The notes below the pieces were generated by a model that was given only the letters and a program-made list of their open reading frames with translations, had not been told where the DNA came from and ran no database searches. A stretch of 31,410 bases of DNA, from positions 1-31,410 of the IMG/VR virus record IMGVR_UViG_3300005326_000102; one strand, written 5' to 3'. Within the stretch, counting starts at the first letter, position 1, and every line of letters begins with the position of its first letter. The DNA is from a virus. Taxonomy: Duplodnaviria > Caudoviricetes. This document shows positions 8,070 through 15,931 of this stretch, one piece after another. Position numbers and translations under genes: made by a program.

Positions 8070-8999
8070 ATGGCACAAGGACAATTATGGTCAGTAGACG
8101 CCCAGGGCGGATACTCAGCCAATCCTAAATTGTCCGAGAAACTTCGGTTCAGCGCGTATGAAATGACGAGGTTCCGACAGTTCTGCAATATCAAGCAAGA
8201 GGTAAAGCAGGCTGGCGAAACAATGAACTTCGACAAGATTCTACGTTTGGGAACCGGGGGAGGAACACTGGTTGAAACCAACACTGTTCCGTCGGACAAG
8301 TACACGATTTCAAAAGGGACTATTACCGTGAACGAATACGGTAATAAAATTCCTTTCACGCAGAAACTCGAATTGCTTTCTCAATTCGATGTTACCAACC
8401 CGACCCAGCAACGGTTGCGCGATGACATGAAAGACACGCTGGACGCTGCCGCTGGCGCGCAGTTCACTGCGGCAGAGTTCAAGGCCGTTTTGATTTCTAC
8501 GGCTTCGGTCAACTTTTACACAAACGGGACAGCAGCTACTACAGCGACGGCCAATTTGCACACCTCAACGGTGCGTCAAATTGTGTCGTACATGAAGAAG
8601 CAGCGCATTCCGTTTTATGATTCAAACGGGTATGTGTGCGTCGGTGCAATTGATTCCATTGGGTCATTGTACGATGCATTCCAAGCGTTGATTCAGTATA
8701 CCAAACCGGAAATGATGTTTGCCGGTGAAGTCGGGCGTTATTACAGCACCCGTTTCGTTGAAGAGAACAACGTTTTAGATCAGGCGATAGGAAATTCGAG
8801 CGCTTACGCTGAAGCGTGTTTCTTTGGTGCCGACAGCGTTATGGAAGGCATCTCGTTAGCCGAGGAGTTGAGAGCCGATACTCCTACGGATTTGGGAAGA
8901 TCAAAGGCAATCGGCTGGTATGCGCTGTTAGGGTTCCAGAAGATTTGGAGCTATGACACTGATAGCGAAGAGCACATTCTGCACGTAACCTCAGCATAA
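8070..8999 (+). CDS. major capsid protein (N4-gp56-like)
   Basis: 309 aa; FRQF, EYGN, GEVGRY..TRFVE, DLGRSKAIGWY motifs; position after the scaffold. Confidence 0.9.
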   Translation: MAQGQLWSVDAQGGYSANPKLSEKLRFSAYEMTRFRQFCNIKQEVKQAGETMNFDKILRLGTGGGTLVETNTVPSDKYTISKGTITVNEYGNKIPFTQKLELLSQFDVTNPTQQRLRDDMKDTLDAAAGAQFTAAEFKAVLISTASVNFYTNGTAATTATANLHTSTVRQIVSYMKKQRIPFYDSNGYVCVGAIDSIGSLYDAFQALIQYTKPEMMFAGEVGRYYSTRFVEENNVLDQAIGNSSAYAEACFFGADSVMEGISLAEELRADTPTDLGRSKAIGWYALLGFQKIWSYDTDSEEHILHVTSA

Positions 9000-9012
9000 A
9001 AGGAGAACGACA

Positions 9013-9435
9013 ATGGGACAAGGCTATTATGATGACGCCCGTTACCGCACTCTGCAGATGCTGCCGACTGCGGCTTTTGGGCTTTTAAAGACGGCTTCCT
9101 TGGCCGGTACGACCACGGCAGCGTCAACGCTGGGATATCCGTTGAAAATGATACATCCAGTACGTGTTGTTAGCGCGTCTGGATATTTCGTTGTTGGCGG
9201 AACTAACGCGATAGTTAGTTTGGTGTTAAGCAAGTCCGCAGCTGGGACTGGCACGGCATCAACAATCGGTACGATGGCGGTCGGCACGTCTGCTGCGGCA
9301 ACGCATAAGGCGTTTACTGTGACGGAAACTTCTCTTAGTGCTGGAGACACTCTGCTTCTACAGAGAGCGTTAGGCACACATGCCGACGTGACCGATGTCA
9401 TGGTTACTGTTGGGCTGAGAGAAACGTTTGAATAA
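9013..9435 (+). CDS. putative capsid decoration/cement protein
   Basis: Thr/Ser/Ala/Gly-rich beta-type 140-aa protein directly after the MCP; strong RBS. Confidence 0.65.
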   Translation: MGQGYYDDARYRTLQMLPTAAFGLLKTASLAGTTTAASTLGYPLKMIHPVRVVSASGYFVVGGTNAIVSLVLSKSAAGTGTASTIGTMAVGTSAAATHKAFTVTETSLSAGDTLLLQRALGTHADVTDVMVTVGLRETFE

Positions 9436-9451
9436 AAGACAAGGGGGAGAA

Positions 9452-10429
9452 GTGAAAAAAGTGCTGGTGTCACGATATGGTGCTTTCGGTGATGCTGTGT
9501 TTATTTCACCTCTCCCCCGTCTTTTAAAAGAGCAGGGATTTGACCAAGTGGATTTCGAGGTCAATCACAAGACGTTTCAGGTTTTAGGGAACAACCCGTT
9601 CATTGACAACCTAATTTATTTCGAGCCGCCTCCGGGAACTATTGGACACGATCTGGTTCCGCATTGGGAAAAAATTTCCAAGGGGTACGATAAGTTTATA
9701 AACCTTTTTGGCTCGCTCGAGGTTGGATGTATTTCGATGGCTGGCGATGATTTTTACGACAAGTCCGACGAGGTTAGGCGAAAAGAATTTGGCGGGATAA
9801 ATTTTTATGACCAGACGATCGCGTGGGCTGGGTATCCAGAACTTTGTGGGAGATACAGGCCAGAGCTTTATTTCACCGACGAGGAAGTCAAGAAGACCGA
9901 AGCATGGCTAGAACAATTTGAGGGAAAATTCAAAGTGTTAATTGGAGTTTCCGGCAGCTTACCGCATAAAGATTTCTATCAGGCCGAGGAAGTGGCGAAA
10001 AAGATTTTAGATAAGTACGAAGACGCCATTGTTATCTTAACCGGCGGGAAGAATGACGAGAACAAAGTATTCTCAGGAGACCGGATTGTCAGCGTCGTCG
10101 GGGAAAAGCCGTTTATGCAAGCGGCCTTAATTTCAAAATATTGTGACGCGGTGATTTGCATGGAAACCGGGCTGGGAGTTGCGGCGCAAGTGTGGGGGAC
10201 GCCGACGATATTTCTTTTAACTTCATCGAATCCGGTCAACGTCTGCCGATACGCAGAAAATAGTTTACACGTTCAATCACCGGCTAATTGTTCCCCTTGC
10301 CACCGTGGGCCATATAAATACGAACATTGCGAATTTAAAGACGGTCGCCCGGTATGCGTATATTTTCACGTCGATTATATTATGCAACGAGTCGAGGAAG
10401 CGTATTCCATGAGGTCAATATGCGTGTAG
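9452..10429 (+). CDS. glycosyltransferase family 9 (heptosyltransferase-like) #1
   Basis: RYGAFGDAVFISP N-terminal motif, NNPFID, ETGLG..A..GTPTI, CSPC..C..C cluster; GTG start at 9452 after GGGGAG. Confidence 0.9.
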   Translation: MKKVLVSRYGAFGDAVFISPLPRLLKEQGFDQVDFEVNHKTFQVLGNNPFIDNLIYFEPPPGTIGHDLVPHWEKISKGYDKFINLFGSLEVGCISMAGDDFYDKSDEVRRKEFGGINFYDQTIAWAGYPELCGRYRPELYFTDEEVKKTEAWLEQFEGKFKVLIGVSGSLPHKDFYQAEEVAKKILDKYEDAIVILTGGKNDENKVFSGDRIVSVVGEKPFMQAALISKYCDAVICMETGLGVAAQVWGTPTIFLLTSSNPVNVCRYAENSLHVQSPANCSPCHRGPYKYEHCEFKDGRPVCVYFHVDYIMQRVEEAYSMRSICV

Positions 10430-10698
10430 ACGTGGCGAAGAATTTTTCTCAGACAAAAAACACCGGGGTGTTGTCGTGGTGCAAGGTTTGCGGGCGATAT
10501 TATTCCTGGGAATGCCCGACGAGGTTGGTCTACGTTGACGTAAAGACCGGGAAGAAGAAGGCCAGTTGGGAGCCAGAGCATTGCGGAAGCTCGGTATGTA
10601 AGGATTTCTGGAAGTATTACAAGGACTGCAGGGAGAAAGAAATGATGGATTTCGACATGGCGCGGGCAATGTTTTTGAAGCGGAAAGGGTTAATGTAA
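10420..10698 (+). CDS. small Cys-rich hypothetical protein
   Basis: CKVC...C...CGSSVC; ATG 10420 after GAGG. Confidence 0.65.
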   Translation: MRVDVAKNFSQTKNTGVLSWCKVCGRYYSWECPTRLVYVDVKTGKKKASWEPEHCGSSVCKDFWKYYKDCREKEMMDFDMARAMFLKRKGLM

Positions 10699-11363
10699 TG
10701 CTTTGCGACATTTGCCATAACGAAATGGATTTTTACGCGAAAGACCTTCGACGATGCCAGAACGATGGACTAATTTCGAGTGTTTTAAAGGCAAGGGTAG
10801 AAATTTACGACAAAGAATATCACCAGAAGCACGTCACCTATGCCCACAACGATATTGATGTGGAATTGCAGCGGATCAGAACTGATTTTGTTTTGAAAAA
10901 TACCGAAGAGCATGAGCGCGGAGAAATCCTTGACATTGGTTGCGGAAACGGAAGTTTCCTTAGAAGCCTCGACGGGAATTTCGGAATTAAGCGGGGGTTT
11001 GACATTAACCCTTATGAGAATTTTACCCGGATAGATTTTCTTTTACAGTCGCATGATGTCATCACTCTTTGGGATTGCATCGAGCATCTGGAAAGTCCAT
11101 TTAATTTTCTGCGGGGGTTAAGGGCAAACAAAGTTTTCATCACATCCCCACAGACGGATTGTTTAAAGACGCGAGATGACATGATGACCTGGCGTCATTA
11201 CCGACCGCACGAACACGTTCATTATTTTAATTTGCAGAGTTTGACTGCATTGTTAAACAAGTGCGGGTACGAAATCATTGACTACAATTTTGGTGAATCG
11301 ACCGTTAGAAAAGCGGGCGGGGAGAACAACCTTCTATCTATCGCGGGGAAAAAGAATGTCTGA
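10698..11363 (+). CDS. class I SAM-dependent methyltransferase with N-terminal zinc-finger-like motif
   Basis: ILDIGCGNGSFL, DVITLWDCIEHL, HVHYFN; resembles methyltransferases found in sugar-modification clusters. Confidence 0.9.
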   Translation: MLCDICHNEMDFYAKDLRRCQNDGLISSVLKARVEIYDKEYHQKHVTYAHNDIDVELQRIRTDFVLKNTEEHERGEILDIGCGNGSFLRSLDGNFGIKRGFDINPYENFTRIDFLLQSHDVITLWDCIEHLESPFNFLRGLRANKVFITSPQTDCLKTRDDMMTWRHYRPHEHVHYFNLQSLTALLNKCGYEIIDYNFGESTVRKAGGENNLLSIAGKKNV

Positions 11364-12264
11364 CCACGTTGATATTTTAATCCCGACGTATCGAAATGCG
11401 CGAAGGCTGAAGAATTTAGTCAGCAACATTGAGCAGACCGCGGGATATCCGCACAAGATTGTTTTTATTACCGAGGCCGACGACGAAGAAACAGCAAAGA
11501 CAATCGCCGGCATGGAAGGGGATTCTGTTATTTGGATTACCAATGACAAGAAAGGCCGATTGACGCATTGTCTGAACTTAGCTTATCGCTGCACACAAGG
11601 TAATTTTCTTGTTATTACTTCCGATGATGTTTTATTTTCCGAGAACTGGCTGCGCGATGCGGTTAACGAGATTGGCAGCAAAGGCGTACTGGCTTTTTCA
11701 GATAAGAACGCCGCCGGATGGGGACATTTCTTGGTCAAACGGGAATACATCGAAAATTATTCCGGGGTAGTAGACGAACCCGGACAAATTTTTCACGAAT
11801 ACCGCCACGAATACGCAGACGCAGAATTTCAGTTTACCGCTAGGCAGCGGGGACAAATTGTTTATTCAAACATAGCCGTAGACCACCGAGATCCTAAGTA
11901 TTTCGGCGCGGCATACGAAGAAAACGGAGAAATTAAACCAATCGTCAAGACGTATGTTATCCGCGATCATTCTTTACGCCATGTTGATATCAATGTCGGA
12001 ATTGTGGAAAATCAGAACAACCCTAAAGAGCTTATTTTAAGAATCGACCTGGTTCCCAAGAATCCGATTGTCGTCAACCCGAATTACTTGAACAACAATA
12101 ATAAATCCGACGAAGCAAAAGCCATGGACTATAAAGATTTCTCTAGCCGCGCTCATTTATGGGGCGGACAGACGGTTGAGACGATAATGAGCGCAAGCCA
12201 AGCTAAGTTTTTGGACACAGACGTTGATAATAAACACGGATGCCCCGTAATGGCGGGAATGTAA
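11356..12264 (+). CDS. glycosyltransferase family 2
   Basis: ILIPTYRN, N..Y....GNFLVITSDDV (DxD-like), YADAE; start at ATG 11356. Confidence 0.85.
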   Translation: MSDHVDILIPTYRNARRLKNLVSNIEQTAGYPHKIVFITEADDEETAKTIAGMEGDSVIWITNDKKGRLTHCLNLAYRCTQGNFLVITSDDVLFSENWLRDAVNEIGSKGVLAFSDKNAAGWGHFLVKREYIENYSGVVDEPGQIFHEYRHEYADAEFQFTARQRGQIVYSNIAVDHRDPKYFGAAYEENGEIKPIVKTYVIRDHSLRHVDINVGIVENQNNPKELILRIDLVPKNPIVVNPNYLNNNNKSDEAKAMDYKDFSSRAHLWGGQTVETIMSASQAKFLDTDVDNKHGCPVMAGM

Positions 12265-12632
12265 TGGCTAATCTAGTCGATATGGAGAAAATTTGGCAGA
12301 TTGAAAGTTCGATGAACCCGAAGGCGTTCAATAAAACGTCGAAAGCGCGGGGGCTGGGGCAGATTACGCCAATTGTCGTGCAGGAATGGAACGGATTTAA
12401 CCCGCGACGTAAGTTTGTTGACGACGACATGTTTAAAGAAGATATAAATCGGGAAGTTTCTACATGGTACATGACCCAGAGAATCCCGCAAATGCTGAAA
12501 TATTACCGGATCCCGGTAACGACCGAGAATGTATTGGCCGCTTATAACGCGGGGATTGGGAATGTCAAACAGGGAGTTATGCCAAAAGAAACGGTCAACT
12601 ATATCAATAAATACAAGGCGTTAATGCAATGA
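12264..12632 (+). CDS. lytic transglycosylase (SLT domain)
   Basis: IESS (catalytic Glu), ARGLGQI, LAAYNAG, ETVNY motifs. Confidence 0.9.
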   Translation: MANLVDMEKIWQIESSMNPKAFNKTSKARGLGQITPIVVQEWNGFNPRRKFVDDDMFKEDINREVSTWYMTQRIPQMLKYYRIPVTTENVLAAYNAGIGNVKQGVMPKETVNYINKYKALMQ

Positions 12633-13711
12633 AGTATCTTTTAACAAGGTGGGGCGCTCTGGGGGATATTGTCTTCATCTCTCCGGTAATTCGTTATCTC
12701 AAGGCCCAGGGGCACAAGGTAATCGTGTCCACAACCGAACGCGGGAAAATGCTTTTAGCAGATGACCCCAATATCGACGATATTGTCTTCACTCCCGATG
12801 GTCAGATTGAAGACGTAAGGACGTATTGGGAAGCTGAAGCAAAAAGAATCGGAGCGGATAAGGTTGTAAATTTCAGCGAAAGCATTGAGGTCGCGTTATT
12901 AAAGCACCCGCTAGACCCTAAATATAATTTGCCGAAGGAAGCGAGAATAAAAGAATGTGATGTTAATGCTTTTGATCAGGAGTTTCGCTGCGCGGGAATT
13001 AATCCGGACGAGTTAACGGCAGAGCAGAAACGGCCTAAGCTGTACTACACACAGCGCGAGATTAATAACGTCGAGAGGTTCTTTGATTCATATTCCGGGC
13101 TAGGGTGGAACATCGAGCCGAAGAAGAAAATGATTATCATGTGGGTTCTGTCGGGTTCCGGCATTCAGAAAACTTGGCCGTATGTTATGGGTACGATGCT
13201 CCAACTTTTGGAAAAGTACGATAATCTTTATTTTCTGACCGTCGGAGATGAGGTTTGCAAGCTGCTTGAGCCTGATTTATGCGCGCATCCCGACGCCAGC
13301 AGGATAATTCCACAGTCCGGGGAATGGTCGGTAAGAGAAACAATGCTGGCGGTCAAATATTGCCAGATGGTTATCGGGCCGGAAACGGGCGTTTTCGTTT
13401 CTTCCGGGCAGTTTGATACGCCAAAGATCGGGATGTTTTCAAGCATCACGAAAAATCACGTCACTAAATATTTTGTGAATGACTATTCACTTGAGGCAGA
13501 AGGTGTCAACTGTTCGCCGTGTTTCCGGATGATTTATGACACGTTTCAGTGTCCGATGCACCTTAGCGGGGCTACTATTTGCATGGGAGACGGATTTTCG
13601 CGGGCCAGGATAATAAATCAGATCGAAAATATTATTGATAAACACTATGGGGGATTTAAATGCAATATACGAAAGTTGTCAACCTTGGCCAGTCCGGGCT
13701 TAGCACTGTAG
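12629..13711 (+). CDS. glycosyltransferase family 9 (heptosyltransferase-like) #2
   Basis: RWGALGDIVFISP, DPNID, GPETG, TPKIG, CSPCF..C..C; paralog of 9452-10429. Confidence 0.9.
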   Translation: MKYLLTRWGALGDIVFISPVIRYLKAQGHKVIVSTTERGKMLLADDPNIDDIVFTPDGQIEDVRTYWEAEAKRIGADKVVNFSESIEVALLKHPLDPKYNLPKEARIKECDVNAFDQEFRCAGINPDELTAEQKRPKLYYTQREINNVERFFDSYSGLGWNIEPKKKMIIMWVLSGSGIQKTWPYVMGTMLQLLEKYDNLYFLTVGDEVCKLLEPDLCAHPDASRIIPQSGEWSVRETMLAVKYCQMVIGPETGVFVSSGQFDTPKIGMFSSITKNHVTKYFVNDYSLEAEGVNCSPCFRMIYDTFQCPMHLSGATICMGDGFSRARIINQIENIIDKHYGGFKCNIRKLSTLASPGLAL

Positions 13712-14577
13712 GCTTTACCCTTTACGACAAGGACGGCGCGGAATATCAAGCTAGGACAACAACCGGGGTTGTTGAGCTAGGTGCCAGCGGTGTTTATTCG
13801 GTAAAGCTCGATGTCCCGGACATGTTCGACGGGATTTTGGTCTGGGATGACGGCAACGCCGAGGCGCTTTATGCCGGGGAAAGTTTCAACAATTTTCAGG
13901 TAAATCGGCTGTCTACGATCAGCGACCGAACGGAGTATATTTTGCAGTCAATCGCCATGCACCGCAGCGAAGTTGAGCCGATAATCGCCAAGATGGATAT
14001 AAAATCAGTTCTCGAACAGTTTGAAAAAGTGATGGAAGATATTAAGGCCGCAATAAAAACTTTTGAAATCGGGGCAAAGGCCGCGAATGATGACGTTAAG
14101 GCCGCCGTGAAGAACATTAAAATTCCCGAGCAGAAACAAGACATTGTTTTGCTCGACAAACACTTGCGGATGGTTGAAGCGCTTTATTCTGATTACAACA
14201 AAGTCATGGACGGCATGAGGAAAATAGAAAAAAGTCTGCAGGCAGTAAAAAGCGACACGGCCAAACAGGTCAGAAACGAGATCGCGCCGCTTGTGGATAA
14301 AGTCGCTGTGGCCAGCGAGTCGCTGTTAACTTCTGATGAGGTAAAAAAATCTCAAGCGGCTATTTCAAAAAAGTTTGACGAGCAGGCCGTCGCTCTCCGG
14401 GCAAGGATTTCCACGGACTTTGACCAAATTATTAAAAAGCTGGGAGCAGAAAGGTTCAGCGTTTTAAAAGACATGCTTGGTATTTTGGAACAAAGTGCAT
14501 ATCGTAACTCTCCCAGCGGGGCGGAAAACGTGGCGTTTACTAGAAAAATGAGCATGATGCTGGGGCGGCGAAAATGA
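13660..14577 (+). CDS. hypothetical protein: beta-rich N-domain plus long coiled coil
   Basis: First ~80 aa show a beta-strand pattern; the remainder is heptad-rich and helical. Confidence 0.7.
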   Translation: MQYTKVVNLGQSGLSTVGFTLYDKDGAEYQARTTTGVVELGASGVYSVKLDVPDMFDGILVWDDGNAEALYAGESFNNFQVNRLSTISDRTEYILQSIAMHRSEVEPIIAKMDIKSVLEQFEKVMEDIKAAIKTFEIGAKAANDDVKAAVKNIKIPEQKQDIVLLDKHLRMVEALYSDYNKVMDGMRKIEKSLQAVKSDTAKQVRNEIAPLVDKVAVASESLLTSDEVKKSQAAISKKFDEQAVALRARISTDFDQIIKKLGAERFSVLKDMLGILEQSAYRNSPSGAENVAFTRKMSMMLGRRK

Positions 14578-15269
14578 TCTGTCCAGTATGTCGAAACGAA
14601 ACAATTAACGGAATGAAAATAACCGGGTTTGAAACTTTGAATTGGGCGCGGTGTTCGTGTGGCGTGATTTTTCAGGAGATGATCGAGGAGAAAACGATTT
14701 CCAACGATTACCTTGAACAGTATAAACAAAAAAAGTTTTATGAATCCAGTGCACAATATCCCGTTGATGTTTATTTCCCGCTGATTGAAGAGATTACTTT
14801 TGGCCGCCGGTTGTTGGAAGTTGACAGCTTGGATTTAGAAGTCTGCAACGCCGCCGCCAAACGGGGATGGATTACTTTTGCCACGTCGGAGAAAGAGCTG
14901 ACCGGGACGAGTGTTTGGACGGACAAATTTTTAAATATCAAAGACGCGCCGGAAACCAAGTTTGACTGTATTTATGTTTATCACTGGATTGAAAAATTAA
15001 TAAACGGGGAGTCATTGAGAAAACTGCACGACTGGCTGAATCCCGGCGGGGTTTTGTTCTTAGCTACCCCGGACAGTCATTACGTTGACGAGATCGGTGT
15101 TGTTAATTTTGGACATTGGTTCAAAGAAAACAACATCATTTTTTCCCGTGCGGCCATGAAGAAAGAACTTGAAAAAGCAATGTTTGAGGTCGTTTTACTG
15201 CGAGGCAATCCTTCAAACAGATTTTTAAAGTGTAACGATATGCACATTATTGCCCGGAGGTTAATGTAA
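14574..15269 (+). CDS. methyltransferase-fold protein with degenerate SAM motif
   Basis: CPVC...CSC N-terminus, FDCI..YHWIEK, WLNPGGVLFLATP; motif I lacks glycines (LLEVDSLD). Confidence 0.75.
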   Translation: MICPVCRNETINGMKITGFETLNWARCSCGVIFQEMIEEKTISNDYLEQYKQKKFYESSAQYPVDVYFPLIEEITFGRRLLEVDSLDLEVCNAAAKRGWITFATSEKELTGTSVWTDKFLNIKDAPETKFDCIYVYHWIEKLINGESLRKLHDWLNPGGVLFLATPDSHYVDEIGVVNFGHWFKENNIIFSRAAMKKELEKAMFEVVLLRGNPSNRFLKCNDMHIIARRLM

Positions 15270-15931
15270 TGGCAGTTGAAAATTTAACGCTCTTGCAAAT
15301 TGTTCAAGAAGTGTTTACGGCGATCAGAGAGACCAAGCCAACAAGCCTTTCCTCTCAAACGACGCGGACACAGGAAGTCGTTCAGGCGGTTAAGGACGTT
15401 TACTTGGAAGTGTGTTCGATGAATAACGGCCACCTGAAATTTCTTGAATCTAGCGGGACGATAACGCTTGCCACAGATGATCGCGACTACGCAATGGCGG
15501 CAGATGTGAAAGACTTGTGTCTGGAAAGTTTTATCTTGGACAACCAGGACGACGTTGAATACCTTGATTACAATTCGTTTATGGCGAAGTACCCGGACAT
15601 CACCGACACCGGGAAGCCATACAATATTACCGTCTGGAACAATGAGTTCTTGATCGGATACGTCCCGTCCTCATCTTACGACGGAAAAACCATTCCCTAT
15701 AAATATTGGAAACAGCCGGACGACATTGTTAACGATGGCGATTATCCATTAATTCCTAAAGAACTTCGCCGACGGGTTCTTGTTTTCGGTGCGGCGGCTC
15801 AGCTTTTTCAGACCGACAGCGACCCGTCTTACAAGCTTTACTGGGATAGGTATATGGGCGCGATAGCGGATCTAAAACGCGGGTATTCTTCGGCAACACC
15901 GGGAAATGTCAGGGTAACGCATGTCTTCTAG
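15269..15931 (+). CDS. head-tail adaptor / tail tubular protein A-like
   Basis: TLLQIV N-terminus, TGKP, D.PLIP, LVFGA; typical size and position before the nozzle gene. Confidence 0.75.
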   Translation: MAVENLTLLQIVQEVFTAIRETKPTSLSSQTTRTQEVVQAVKDVYLEVCSMNNGHLKFLESSGTITLATDDRDYAMAADVKDLCLESFILDNQDDVEYLDYNSFMAKYPDITDTGKPYNITVWNNEFLIGYVPSSSYDGKTIPYKYWKQPDDIVNDGDYPLIPKELRRRVLVFGAAAQLFQTDSDPSYKLYWDRYMGAIADLKRGYSSATPGNVRVTHVF

